A stretch of DNA of 64,000 nucleotides, from the NCBI GenBank assembly GCA_963813155.1, contig CAWEYG010000003.1, positions 32,001 through 96,000 of the forward strand, given 5' to 3'. The position numbers and the translations under genes were made by a program. The notes below the pieces were generated by a model. That model was given only the letters and a program-made list of their open reading frames with translations, had not been told where the DNA came from and ran no database searches. The stretch comes from an uncultured Acidobacteriota bacterium. Lineage in GTDB: Bacteria > Acidobacteriota > Thermoanaerobaculia > UBA5066 > DATFVB01. Positions 36,069 to 47,059 of the stretch are shown one piece after another. Numbering within the stretch: position 1 is the stretch's first letter; every line of letters begins with the position of its first letter.

Positions 36069-37069
36069 AGCCTCTCCGCGACCGCCGTGGCGAACTCTTT
36101 CGTTCCTGCCGATCCGCCGAGGTCCTTCGTCCGGATTCCCGCCGCGTAGGTTTCCTGGAGGGCGGACTCGATCCGGGAGGCGACCTCCGGGGCGCCGAGA
36201 TGCGACAGCATCATCATGGCCGAAAGGAGCATCGCGGTGGGATTGGCCAGGTTCTTTCCGGCGATGTCGGGCGCGGAGCCGTGCACCGCCTCGAACACCG
36301 CGAACTCCTCCCCGAGGTTCGCGCTTCCGACGATCCCGAGGCCTCCCACGAGGCCGGCGGCCAGGTCCGACACGATGTCGCCGTACAGGTTCTCGAGCAG
36401 GAGGACGTCGTAGGTTTCGGGGCGAAGGACGAGGTCCATGCAGAGGGCGTCGACGATCCTCTCGTCGGCGCGGATCTCGGGATATTCGGCCGCGACGCGC
36501 CGGACACAGTCGAGGAAGAGGCCGTCGGAGAGCTTCATGATGTTCGCCTTGTGGATCGCGGTCACGCGCTTGCGTCCGAAACGGCGCGCGTATTCGAACG
36601 CGAATCGCGCGATCCGGGTGGAAGCCCGTTCCGTGATGATCTTGAGCGATTCCACGACGCCGGGCACGACGACGTGCTCGAGCCCGGAGTAGAGGTCCTC
36701 GGTGTTTTCGCGGACGACGATGAGGTCGACGTCCCCGAAGCGGGAGGGCACGTTGGGGAAATTCTTGACGGGCCGCAGGTTCGCGTACAGGTCCAGCGAC
36801 TGGCGCAGGCGCACGTTGACGGACTTGAAGCCCCCGCCCACCGGAGTCGTCAGAGGACCCTTCAGCGCCGTGCCGTTTTTCCGCACGGAGTCGAGAACGG
36901 ACGGCGGCAGGGGATCGCCGTTGGCGCGGAGCGATTCGAGGCCCGCGCTGACCTCCACGAACTCGACCGGCGCGCCGGCGCGCTCGAGAATGCGGAGGAC
37001 CGCGTCGGTGATTTCCGGGCCGACGCCGTCGCCGCGGAGGAGCGTGACGGTCTTTCTGAGTTCGTTCAT
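36065..37069 (-). CDS. NAD-dependent isocitrate/isopropylmalate dehydrogenase family protein
   Basis: 'GDGVGPEI', 'KGPLTTPVGGGFKSVNV', 'RENTEDLY', 'HKANIMK', 'NLYGDIVSD', 'EAVHGSAPDIAG'. Confidence 0.93.
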   Translation of the reverse strand: MNELRKTVTLLRGDGVGPEITDAVLRILERAGAPVEFVEVSAGLESLRANGDPLPPSVLDSVRKNGTALKGPLTTPVGGGFKSVNVRLRQSLDLYANLRPVKNFPNVPSRFGDVDLIVVRENTEDLYSGLEHVVVPGVVESLKIITERASTRIARFAFEYARRFGRKRVTAIHKANIMKLSDGLFLDCVRRVAAEYPEIRADERIVDALCMDLVLRPETYDVLLLENLYGDIVSDLAAGLVGGLGIVGSANLGEEFAVFEAVHGSAPDIAGKNLANPTAMLLSAMMMLSHLGAPEVASRIESALQETYAAGIRTKDLGGSAGTKEFATAVAERL

Positions 37070-38355
37070 CGGGTTTCCTCTTCGACGACGGCCGCCGCCC
37101 TCTTGCGCGGCAGGATCATCTTCACGCGTTTGATCGCCGTGCGCGTGGCGTCGAGCACGACGTATTCCGCCTGTCGCCCGCGCAGCCGGTCGCCCTTGCG
37201 GGGAATACGCCCGAACCGCTGCAGAAGAAGGCCCGCGACCGTCTCCGCCTGGGCGTTGGGATACTTGAGGCCGAAACGGTCCTCGAGCTCTTCCAGCCGG
37301 AACGCGCCGTCGAGAGTGTAGGTGAGGTCGTCGACCCGCGAAAATCCGGGCGACTCCTCGTCGTATTCGTCCTGGATGGACCCGAGCAGCGTCTCGATCG
37401 CGTCCTCGATCGTGACGAGCCCCGCCGTCCCCCCGTACTCGTCGATGACGATGGCCATGTGCTGCTTGCGGCGGCGCATCTCGCGAAAGAGCTCCTCGAC
37501 GCGCTTGAATTCCGGCACGAGATAAGGGGCTTCGATGTAGCTCTCGGGCCGAAACGTCTTTTCCTGCTCGTCCGTGAGATCGAAGAGATCCTTGGCCTTC
37601 AAAATTCCGACGACGTTGTCCAGGGTGTCCCGGTAGACGGGGACGCGGGAGAATTTGTGGGTCGCGAGAAGGCTTCGAACCTCCGCGAAGGGGGCCCCTT
37701 CGGCGATCGCGACGATCCTCGGCCGCGGAACCATGACCTCGGAGACGCGCCGCTCGCCGAATTCGAGAACGCGGACCATTCGTTCCCGCTCTTCGCTGTG
37801 AATGAGGCCTTCCGCGTGCCCGAGGTTGATCACCGCCTTCATTTCCTCTTCGGTCATCGCCGGCCGGCTCTGCGGGAAACCGAGGAGCCGCAGGAGGCGC
37901 TGGACGAGGTAGATGACGACCGTCGCGATGGGCCCGACGATTTTCGAAAAGATCTCGAACGGCCGGGCGATCGCGAGCGCGACCCGGGACGGAGAGGCGG
38001 CGGCCAGCGACTTGGGCGCCATTTCGCCGAACGAGAAGAGCAACAGGGTCGAAGCGATGACGGCGATCGCGATCCCGCTCCGGGGCCCGAAGAAGCTTCC
38101 CGCGGCGACGGTCGCCACGGCGGAGGCCGCGGAGTTCGCGAGGTTTTGTCCGATGAGCGCGGCCGACAACAGGCGCGTGGGAGACGCCTTCAGCCGCTCG
38201 ATCGTTTCGGAGCCGCGAACGGAGCGGTCGCGCATCCGGGCGAGCTCGATCCGTCCGAGGGCGACGAGGGCGGTCTCGGAGGCGGCGAAGAACGCCGAAA
38301 CGAGAAGAAAAAAGAAGAAGAGGAGAAGCATCAGCGAGGTTCCCGCGGGAATCAT
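37066..38355 (-). CDS. HlyC/CorC (CNNM-CBS) family transporter
   Basis: 'FFAASETAL', 'GEMAPK', 'VMVPR', 'FSRVPVY', 'IDEYGGTAGLVTIED'. Confidence 0.9.
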   Translation of the reverse strand: MIPAGTSLMLLLFFFFLLVSAFFAASETALVALGRIELARMRDRSVRGSETIERLKASPTRLLSAALIGQNLANSAASAVATVAAGSFFGPRSGIAIAVIASTLLLFSFGEMAPKSLAAASPSRVALAIARPFEIFSKIVGPIATVVIYLVQRLLRLLGFPQSRPAMTEEEMKAVINLGHAEGLIHSEERERMVRVLEFGERRVSEVMVPRPRIVAIAEGAPFAEVRSLLATHKFSRVPVYRDTLDNVVGILKAKDLFDLTDEQEKTFRPESYIEAPYLVPEFKRVEELFREMRRRKQHMAIVIDEYGGTAGLVTIEDAIETLLGSIQDEYDEESPGFSRVDDLTYTLDGAFRLEELEDRFGLKYPNAQAETVAGLLLQRFGRIPRKGDRLRGRQAEYVVLDATRTAIKRVKMILPRKRAAAVVEEETR

Positions 38356-38362
38356 GGAGCTC

Positions 38363-38757
38363 TCACTTCCTGAAGAGCTCTCCACGATCGGCCGGTCCGC
38401 TTCCGGCATCGTCGCCGGATCCAGCTCGCGGATCGGCTGCCACCGCCAGACGACCGCCGCGTGGAGAGGGTCTTCGTCGATTTCGCACAGGTACGCGAGG
38501 AGGAGCACGGTTTTTTCGGGGTACGCATGATGAGCGAACTGGAAAGGCCGGAACCGGGAAATCTCGAGGCCGAGCTCTTCGCGAACCTCGCGAACGAGAG
38601 CCGCGTCGGGCGCTTCTCCCGGCTCGACCTTGCCGCCGGGAAACTCCCAGAGGCCCGCCAGGTGCGAGCCGGGCGGCCGCCGGGAGAGCAGGACCTGGCC
38701 GTCCCGGACCAGGATTCCGGCGGCGACGAGCAGGGGCGGCGCGGGAGTCTCGCTCAA
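38363..38757 (-). CDS. mutT: MutT/NudG-type Nudix (d)NTP pyrophosphohydrolase
   Basis: Nudix box 'WEFPGGKVEPGEAPDAALVREVREELG'; as given it runs in frame into corC, probably through a missing base. Confidence 0.8.
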
Positions 38758-39761
38758 TTCGATTCCGCGCCCAGGCGGCGGACCGCGGCCGCCGCCTGGG
38801 CGGACGCCGCCGGATGCCGGGAGGCCGCGATCCGTTGGAGGGCGGGAAGCAGGTCTTTCCGGTTCCGGGACTCCGCGACCGCGGCGGCGTTCCGGCGGAG
38901 CCCCGCCGGACCGGCCCGAGAGAGGGGCGTGTCCCGGAGGCGCCGCTTCCATTCGGAGGCGCCCATTCCGAGGAGCTCGGCGAGGTCCGAGGGGCGGCGC
39001 TCGAGCGGTGCCGTCTCGATCGCCCGGTTGTACGGGCAGGCTTCCTGGCACACGTCGCAACCGAACACCCACCCGCCGAGGCGCGAGACGATCTCTTCCG
39101 GAATTTCGGACCGCTGCTCGATCGTCCAGTAGGAGAGGCAGCGCGTCGCGTCGAGAACTCCGGGCCGCGGGAAAGCCGATGTCGGGCACGCGTCGAGGCA
39201 CCTCGTGCAGGAGCCGCACCGTTCGTCGACCGGCGCGTCGGCGGGGAGCTCGGCGTCGGTCAGGATCTCGCAGAGGAGAAAATAACTCCCCTCGTCGTTG
39301 AGGACCATTCCGTTCTTGCCGATCCACCCGATTCCCGCGGCGGCGGCGAAGTCTCTCTCCGCGAGCGGCGCGGAGTCGACGCAAACGCGGTGCCGCATCG
39401 CCGTCCCGGTTTCCGCTTTCCAGGCCTCGACGAGCGATTCGCATTTCGCCCGAAGCGTGCGGTGGTAGTCCTCGGCGAGCGCGTACCGCGCGGTCCGGGT
39501 CCCGTCCGGCGCCGCCGGCTCGGCCGCGGAGTAAGGCATCGCCAGGACGACGACCGACCGGGCTCCCGCGAGGAGGGTCCGGGGATCGCTCCGGAGCTCC
39601 CGCGTCTTCTCGAGGTACGCCATCGAGCCGTGCCGCCCGTCGGAGATCCACTGGCGGAATTCGGAATCGTGAGGGGGCGGCGTGGCGCGCGCGACCCCGA
39701 TCCGGGAAAAACCACGTGCTTTTGCAAGGCTTTCGAGCATGTCCCGGAGCGGGCGCGACAT
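38754..39761 (-). CDS. queG: tRNA epoxyqueuosine(34) reductase
   Basis: 'GRHGSMAYL', 'DYH', 'VDSAPLAER', 'GWIGKN', 'CGSCTRCLDACPT', 'FGCDVCQEACPYN'. Confidence 0.94.
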   Translation of the reverse strand: MSRPLRDMLESLAKARGFSRIGVARATPPPHDSEFRQWISDGRHGSMAYLEKTRELRSDPRTLLAGARSVVVLAMPYSAAEPAAPDGTRTARYALAEDYHRTLRAKCESLVEAWKAETGTAMRHRVCVDSAPLAERDFAAAAGIGWIGKNGMVLNDEGSYFLLCEILTDAELPADAPVDERCGSCTRCLDACPTSAFPRPGVLDATRCLSYWTIEQRSEIPEEIVSRLGGWVFGCDVCQEACPYNRAIETAPLERRPSDLAELLGMGASEWKRRLRDTPLSRAGPAGLRRNAAAVAESRNRKDLLPALQRIAASRHPAASAQAAAAVRRLGAESN

Positions 39762-39783
39762 CGAGCCGATGCTATCATTCCGC
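39762..39783. promoter_or_regulatory. Overlapping divergent -10 elements between queG and the AI-2E gene
   Basis: Minus TGaTAGCAT 7 nt before the queG ATG; plus TGcTATCAT 5 nt before ATG 39784. Confidence 0.6.
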
Positions 39784-40839
39784 ATGACCGAGCCCCGAAC
39801 CCCGCGAGCCTTCACGATCGTGGCGGGCGCGCTCCTCGCCTATCTGCTCTGGCGAATTCTTTCGCCGTTTCTCGATCCGATTCTGTGGGCGGCCGTTCTG
39901 GCTTTCGTGCTGGCTCCCGGGCATCGATGGCTTCTGCGCCGGGTGCGGAACCGGAACGTTGCGGCCATGCTGGCGACCGCCCTCGCGCTGCTCCTCGTGG
40001 TCGTGCCGGCGGTGCTCCTGACGCTCGCCCTGATCTCCCAGGGAACGCACCTCTATTCCCTCGCCTCCTCTTTCGTCACGCGCCATCAGGTGGCCTCGAT
40101 CTCCGACTTCATCGGGATGCCGTCGGTTCGGAAGTTCGCCGACCGGATTGCGGCCATCCTTCCCCTCACGGCGGAAGACCTCCGCGGGTGGGCGGAGACG
40201 AATCTCAAGACCGTGGCGGGTCGCATCGGCGGGTTCCTCTCGCAACTCGCCGTCGGAATCCTCGGCTTCGTTGCCTCCTTTCTCATCATGCTGTTCACGC
40301 TCTTCTTTCTCTTCCGGGACGGAGAAGACCTGTGGAAGCGGCTCGTCGACGCGATTCCGCTCGAACGGTCGCGGACCGTGTTTCTCGTCCACCGTCTCGA
40401 TTCGGTCCTCCAGGCGGTGCTCGCGGGCACTCTGCTCACGGCGCTCCTCCAGGGCATCCTCGGCGGAATCGGTTTCGCGATCTTCGGCCTTCCGTCTCCG
40501 GTCGTCTTCGGAGCGATGATGGCGGTTCTCTCGCTCCTGCCGATCGGCGGCACGGCGTTCGTCTGGCTCCCCGCCGCCCTCTTCCTCCTCGCCCAGGGCC
40601 ACTGGGGCCGCGGCGTGGGACTGGCCGCGTGGGGGATCCTCATCGTCGGGCTCGCGGACAACTGGTTCAAGCCGATGATCATTTCGGGGCGGTCGGACCT
40701 GAACACGCTGCCCGTGTTCTTCGGAGTTCTCGGCGGCCTCGCCGCCTTCGGCTTTCTCGGTCTCTTCATCGGACCGCTCGTCGTCGCGCTCGGGATCACC
40801 GCGTGGGAAACTGCGACGGCCCGGCCGGCGCCCGATTGA
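39784..40839 (+). CDS. AI-2E family transporter
   Basis: 'PILWAAVLA', 'FFLFRDG', 'QGILGGIGF', 'DNWFKP', 'FGFLGLFIGP'. Confidence 0.9.
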   Translation: MTEPRTPRAFTIVAGALLAYLLWRILSPFLDPILWAAVLAFVLAPGHRWLLRRVRNRNVAAMLATALALLLVVVPAVLLTLALISQGTHLYSLASSFVTRHQVASISDFIGMPSVRKFADRIAAILPLTAEDLRGWAETNLKTVAGRIGGFLSQLAVGILGFVASFLIMLFTLFFLFRDGEDLWKRLVDAIPLERSRTVFLVHRLDSVLQAVLAGTLLTALLQGILGGIGFAIFGLPSPVVFGAMMAVLSLLPIGGTAFVWLPAALFLLAQGHWGRGVGLAAWGILIVGLADNWFKPMIISGRSDLNTLPVFFGVLGGLAAFGFLGLFIGPLVVALGITAWETATARPAPD

Positions 40840-40874
40840 TGGAGCCGGGCGGCTCGCGTATATTCGCCTTCCAA

Positions 40875-41988
40875 ATGTCGGAAAAGCACGGAGATCCGGG
40901 GCTCGAAGGAGCGCTCGCCGAGGAAATTCGCCGCGGGATCGGTGAAGATCCGGGTCCCGCCGCGTCGATGTTCCCTCCCGGGGTCTGGGATCGCGCCGAG
41001 ACGGTTCGTCGTGCCGTCGGTCGAACCTGGCGCGTCGTTTCCCCGGATCAAGAAATTTCTGCTCCGGATCCTGCGCGTCGCGACGCGAAGCCAGGGGTCG
41101 TTCAACGCGATCGCCCTCGAGGGGATGCGCCAGCTGGACGAGAATGTTGCGGCGGTCGATCGGGAGAACGCGCGGCGCTCGCGCATTTTCGAGCAGCTCC
41201 GGGAGGAATCGGCGCGGCTCCGGCGGGACCTCGAGAGAATCGGCCACGACTACGACATCATTCAGGCCCGGCTCTCGGCCGCCGAGAGACCCGCCCCGGC
41301 GCGAACCGCGGAACCGGTTTCCCGGGCGCCGGCGAGCGGGTTTCCAGACGGGTTCTACCTTCGCTTCGAAGAGGTCTTCCGGGGACCGGAAGAGGCGATC
41401 CGCGAGCGCCAGAGGGCCTATGTCGACTCGTTTCGATCCGTTCCCGGAGTCGTTCTCGATTGCGGCTGCGGCCGCGGCGAATTTCTCGGCGTGTTGAAGG
41501 AATCGGGAGTCGACTCCTACGGCGTCGACTCCAACCCCGTCGCGGTCGAGATGGCTCGAGCCCGGGGAGTCGAGGCGCGGGCGGAAGACGCGTTCGAGCA
41601 TCTTCGCGCGATTGACGGAAAGCTCGGGGGAATTTCGGCCCTGCAGTTCGTGGAGCACCTTTCTCCCGAGGCGGTCTACGAGTTTCTCGGACTGTGCCGC
41701 AGGGCCCTTTCGCCCGGCGGCAGGCTGCTGCTCGAGACGATCAACCCCGATTCCGTCTACGCGATGCGCGCCTACCGGCTCGATCCCACCCATCGCTGGC
41801 CGGTGCCGGCGGCGACGCTCGACCTCATGGCGCGCGAGGTGGGTTTCGAGGAGCGCGAGACTCGCTGGCTTTCTCCCGTTCCGCGCGACGAAGTCCTCGA
41901 GGAGCGATCCGACAACGACCGCAAGGTGAATCGCTGGCTCTTCGGCCCGCAGGACTACGCGCTTCTGGCCGTTTGCCCGCGCCCATGA
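40875..41988 (+). CDS. Coiled-coil + class I SAM methyltransferase (glycan-modifying type), frameshift near 41000
   Basis: 'YLRFEEVFRGPEE', 'VLDCGCGRGEFL', 'QFVEHL', 'ETINP', 'LDPTH', 'GPQDYA'. Confidence 0.8.
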
Positions 41989-43034
41989 GACGCCCCAGGG
42001 TCGTCGTCGCCGCCGTGCAGTCCCCGTTTCTCTCCGGCGGTGCGGAAAAGCACGTCGATCGGCTGACCGAGGAGCTTCGGGCGCGCGGCGTCGACGCCGA
42101 AAAGGTCACTCTCCCGTTTTTCGAGAACACCCACTTCGAGGTCGTCCAGAGCGCGCTGGCCTGGAGACTCGGGGAGTTCGAGCGGTTCGGGCGCGCGAAA
42201 GTCGACGCGCTGATCGCGACGCGATTTCCGAGTTATCTCGCGCGCCATCGGCGCAAAGTCGTCTGGCTGATCCACCAGTACCGCGTCGTGTACGACCAGT
42301 TCGGAACCGCTTACAGCGATTTCACCGGATCTCCGGAGGACCGCCGCATCCGGGAAATGGTCCGCCACATGGATACCCGGAGCCTCTCGGAGGCGAGGAG
42401 GGTCTTCGCGAACTCCCGCAACGTCGCGGAGCGCCTGAGGAAATACAACGGCGTGGCGAGCGAAGCGCTGTACCACCCGCCGCCCCTCTCCGGCCGGTAT
42501 CGCGGAGGCGCTCCGGGGGAGTCGTGTCTCTGGGTCGGACGGCTCGAGCGGTGGAAGCGCCCGGGACTCGCGATCGGGGCGCTCGCCCACGCGCCGCGGG
42601 CGAAACTGAAGGTCGTCGGGGACGGCCCGGAGCTCGCCGCGCTGCGGACATACGCGCGCAGCCTCGGCGTGGAAGCCCGCTGCGAATTCCTCGGCCGGGT
42701 GTCGGACGACGATCTCCTCGAGCTTTTCTCCCGGGCGCGGCTCGTGCTCGCGACGGCCGCCGACGAAGACTACGGGTACGTCCCGCTGGAGGCCTACCTG
42801 TCGGGCAAGGCGGTCGTCACGGTTTCCGACGCGGGAGGGCCGCTGGAGTTCGTCCGGAACGAGGACTCGGGGTACGTCGCGGAACCGACTCCGGAGGCCC
42901 TCGGAGCGCTGCTCGAACGCGTCTGGGATCGTCCGGCCGAGCACGCGCGGATGGCCGATCGGGGGCGCGCGGAGGTCGAGAAGATCAATTGGGACCACGT
43001 GATCGATTCCCTGCTCGGTGCGGCGGGCGTGTGA
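41985..43034 (+). CDS. Glycosyltransferase family 4
   Basis: 'GGAEKH', 'KVVWLIHQYR', 'GRLERWKRP', 'EDYGYVPLEA'. Confidence 0.9.
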   Translation: MRRPRVVVAAVQSPFLSGGAEKHVDRLTEELRARGVDAEKVTLPFFENTHFEVVQSALAWRLGEFERFGRAKVDALIATRFPSYLARHRRKVVWLIHQYRVVYDQFGTAYSDFTGSPEDRRIREMVRHMDTRSLSEARRVFANSRNVAERLRKYNGVASEALYHPPPLSGRYRGGAPGESCLWVGRLERWKRPGLAIGALAHAPRAKLKVVGDGPELAALRTYARSLGVEARCEFLGRVSDDDLLELFSRARLVLATAADEDYGYVPLEAYLSGKAVVTVSDAGGPLEFVRNEDSGYVAEPTPEALGALLERVWDRPAEHARMADRGRAEVEKINWDHVIDSLLGAAGV

Positions 43035-43249
43035 AAGAGCTTCCGGAGGTGGACGCCCGGCTCGCCCGCGAGCTCGGGAAGGCGCTCGGGGAGCTCGGGG
43101 GCCGTCGCGACGATCCGTGGATCGGGCGGCTCGCGCGGGCCCTCCGGGAGTTCCTGCCCCCTTCAGACGGTCCGGCGGGATCGAAGCGCCGCGCGGGCGG
43201 AGAGCAGGCCGGCGAGGATCCCGTCTTCGAATTGAAACGCGGCGTGTGA
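43031..43249 (+). CDS. Possible small hypothetical protein
   Basis: GTG overlapping the GT4 stop; overlaps the convergent ORF by ~87 nt. Confidence 0.3.
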   Translation: MKELPEVDARLARELGKALGELGGRRDDPWIGRLARALREFLPPSDGPAGSKRRAGGEQAGEDPVFELKRGV

Positions 43250-43390
43250 GGCGAGCCGGGGGTGGTCGTGGGGCTGCAGCAGATCGTCTTCGATCAGCGC
43301 GGGGTCGATTCGCCGGGCGAGCTCCGCGATTTTCTTTCGCTGCCCGTCGATGAGCTCGTCGAGAATCGAATCCGCGGTCTCTCCGCTCAT
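43163..43390 (-). CDS. Small hypothetical protein
   Basis: MSGETADSILDELIDGQRKK...DDLLQPHDHP.L...FQFEDGILAGL; ATG overlaps the thioredoxin stop. Confidence 0.7.
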   Translation of the reverse strand: MSGETADSILDELIDGQRKKIAELARRIDPALIEDDLLQPHDHPRLASHAAFQFEDGILAGLLSARAALRSRRTV

Positions 43391-43818
43391 CGCGGAGAGG
43401 GGGAGGGCTCCCGGGACGCGTCGATGATTCCCCGGGCTTTCGCGGCGAATTCCGGGGCCGGCAGGAATCCGATGATCTGCCCGGCGACGCTTCCCGAGGG
43501 AGCCAGGAACAGGAGCGTCGGAAAACCGTCGACGCCGTAGCGCTGCGCGAGGGCGGATCCCTCGCGCTCCGCGTCGACTCGGACGTACACGACCCGCGAC
43601 AGCTGCCCCGCGACGGCCGGGTCGGGGTACACCTCGCGCTCGAGCTTCCGGCACCAGCCGCACCAGTCGGTCGTGAAGTCGACGAGCAGCAGGGTTCCCC
43701 GGCGGGCGGCGAGACGTGCGGCCCGGTCGTACGGAGTGCGCAACTCGTCGTTGGTGAGACCCGCGAGACACAGCACCAGGACGGCGGCGAGCGTCGTGGC
43801 GGAGAGGGTTCTCGTCAC
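43387..43818 (-). CDS. Exported thioredoxin-fold protein
   Basis: Signal peptide; 'VDFTTDWCGWCRKL', 'YGVDGFPT'. Confidence 0.85.
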   Translation of the reverse strand: MTRTLSATTLAAVLVLCLAGLTNDELRTPYDRAARLAARRGTLLLVDFTTDWCGWCRKLEREVYPDPAVAGQLSRVVYVRVDAEREGSALAQRYGVDGFPTLLFLAPSGSVAGQIIGFLPAPEFAAKARGIIDASREPSPSPR

Positions 43819-44897
43819 GAAATCACGATAACACGGTTGCGGCCCTCCTCCTTCGCCCGGTAGAGGGCCGTGTCCGCTCGTTCCAGCACGGACTCGATTC
43901 GTTCTCCCGGCTGAATCTCCGTTACGCCGATCGACACCGTGAGCGCGATCGGCCGGTCCTCCCAGAGAAGCGGCTCGCTCTCCAGGCGCCCGCGAATCCG
44001 CTCGCAGACGATCTGGGCCGGCACGGCTCGCGTCTCCGGAAAGAATGCGCCGAATTCTTCGCCGCCGCGGCGGCCGCAGAGGTCCTGTTCCCGAAGCCCT
44101 TCCTGGAGGATTCTCGCGAAGCGCCGGATCGCTTCGTCCCCGGCCGCGTGGCCGTGCCGGTCGTTCAACTCCTTGAAGCGGTCCAGGTCGAACACGGCGA
44201 CCGACAGCGCGCGGCGATAGCGATCGGCGCGCGTGACCTCGTTTCGGAGACGGGCGTCGAAATACCGGCGGGCGAAGAGATTGGACAGGCCGTCGCGGGC
44301 CGCGAGGCGGAAGTTCCGTTCGGAAGACACCGCGCTCGTCAGGGAGCGATAGATCGCGCGCAGTCGATCGATGTCCGTCGCCGAAAGAGGAGCGCCGAAT
44401 TCGATCTCCCAGTATCCGACTGGATGGCTCCCCGCATACAGCGGGAGATAGAACTTTTTCTGGCCGCGCCCGGGGATCTGCAAATGGAGCGGAGCGAAAG
44501 AATGGGCCGTTTCCGTTCCGGTGAGACGGTCGAGCTGCTCGCGTTGGAAGTTGGACTGGATCTTCGGGTGCGAAACGGCGGCGCGAGGCGGGGCGGCGGC
44601 GTCTCCGGCCGGAGACTCCCAGATTTCTCTCACGCGGTCTTCTTCGTCGAAGAGAAAGAGCTCGAATTTCTCCAACGCCCCGAGCCTCGTCATCGCGTCG
44701 TGGGCACACGCCGCGATGGCGGCGACGTCAGAGGCCTCCGCGAACGCGTGCGCGAGGTTCTCCATATCGCGAAATCGCTCGCCGGCCCGTCGCTCGCGCC
44801 GGCGGGAGCGCAGGAGCTCGATTCCGAAGAGCGCCGCCAGGAGCGCCAGGGCGCCCTCGAGGATCGGGAAGCGGGGCGGCGGAAGGCCGAAGATCAT
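43815..44897 (-). CDS. Membrane-anchored sensor diguanylate cyclase
   Basis: 'DGLSNL', 'DLDRFKELNDRHGHAAGD', I-site REQD, GGEEF, 'ADTALYRAKEEGRN'. Confidence 0.9.
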   Translation of the reverse strand: MIFGLPPPRFPILEGALALLAALFGIELLRSRRRERRAGERFRDMENLAHAFAEASDVAAIAACAHDAMTRLGALEKFELFLFDEEDRVREIWESPAGDAAAPPRAAVSHPKIQSNFQREQLDRLTGTETAHSFAPLHLQIPGRGQKKFYLPLYAGSHPVGYWEIEFGAPLSATDIDRLRAIYRSLTSAVSSERNFRLAARDGLSNLFARRYFDARLRNEVTRADRYRRALSVAVFDLDRFKELNDRHGHAAGDEAIRRFARILQEGLREQDLCGRRGGEEFGAFFPETRAVPAQIVCERIRGRLESEPLLWEDRPIALTVSIGVTEIQPGERIESVLERADTALYRAKEEGRNRVIVIS

Positions 44898-44930
44898 AAA
44901 AAAAAGGGCGCGACGAGCGCGCCCTTTTTT
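44898..44930 (-). terminator. Intrinsic (bidirectional-type) terminator
   Basis: A8-GGGCGCG-acgag-CGCGCCC-T6, downstream of the lipoprotein gene. Confidence 0.85.
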
Positions 44931-44945
44931 CCAGAGAAAGGTGGC

Positions 44946-45218
44946 TTACTTGGAGGTCGTGGCCGTCGTCGCGGTCGTCGTGGTCGCGGTCGACGTGGTC
45001 GCCGTGCCCGTGGCGGCGGGAGTCTCGGTGCTGGTGGACATCGTCGTGGTCGTCGTGGTCGCCGTCGAACCGGTCTCTTCCACGACCTTCGGCTGCTCGG
45101 TGGTGGTCGTCGTGGTCGACGTCTCCGTCGAGGACTCTTCCGCCTTCTTGCAGCCGCCGAGGAACAACAGAGCGGTGGCGGTGGCGGCCATCAGGAACAG
45201 GGCAAGGGACTTCTTCAT
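44946..45218 (-). CDS. Small Thr-rich lipoprotein
   Basis: MKKSLALFLMAATATALLFLGGC lipobox; mature part mostly Thr/Ser/Glu; SD AAGGAG. Confidence 0.85.
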   Translation of the reverse strand: MKKSLALFLMAATATALLFLGGCKKAEESSTETSTTTTTTEQPKVVEETGSTATTTTTTMSTSTETPAATGTATTSTATTTTATTATTSK

Positions 45219-45305
45219 CGGTCGATCTCCTTCTTCATAAATCGAAATTCGAAATTTTCGAAATTCGTCAGTAACCCCCGGTAACTCTCCCGTAAAGACC
45301 CCGCA

Positions 45306-45333
45306 ATCATACATAAACCTCGAATGCTGTCAA
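45306..45333 (-). promoter_or_regulatory. Near-consensus sigma70 promoter of the lipoprotein gene
   Basis: TTGACA (45333-45328), 16-nt spacer, TATGAT (45311-45306). Confidence 0.65.
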
Positions 45334-45437
45334 CCGATTCCATAGCGTTCGATAGGGTTTGCGAAAAAGGTGCCAATCGGGTTAACCTAATGAGTTTTCG
45401 CGGCCGGGTCGGCTCGCGATCGAATAGGGGAGTGACG

Positions 45438-46790
<1,353 letters not shown>

Positions 46791-46815
46791 GAGAATTTCG
46801 AACCAAGGAGAAAGC

Positions 46816-47059
46816 ATGTTGAAAATCCGTCTCCGTCGAACCGGAACCCGAAATCGCCCCTACTACCGCATCGTCGTCTCGGGCTCGCGGCGCACCCCCG
46901 GCTCCGAAATCGTGGAAGAGCTCGGGTTCTACGACGCGGTCCCGAACCCTCCCGTCGTGTCGTTCAACCGGGAGCGCGCCCGCGACTGGATCGCGAAGGG
47001 CGCCCGGCCGTCCACGACGATTCGCTCGCTCCTGGACCGCGAAGGAAGCGGTTTCGTGA
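46816..47059 (+). CDS. rpsP: 30S ribosomal protein S16 (as given, in frame with downstream KhpA)
   Basis: 'MLKIRLRRTG...PYYRIVV', 'GARPS'; probable stop TGA near 47057-47059 if one A is spurious. Confidence 0.9.

Noticed and set aside
37066-38757. In-frame MutT-CorC/CNNM fusion
   Set aside because: Adding one base at GTGGAGAGCTCTTCAGGAAGTGA gives VEELFRK-stop just before the CorC ATG; indel errors are common in this sequence.
44950-45125. GTC/GTG tandem repeats as a DNA repeat element
   Set aside because: Explained by Thr codon runs in the lipoprotein.
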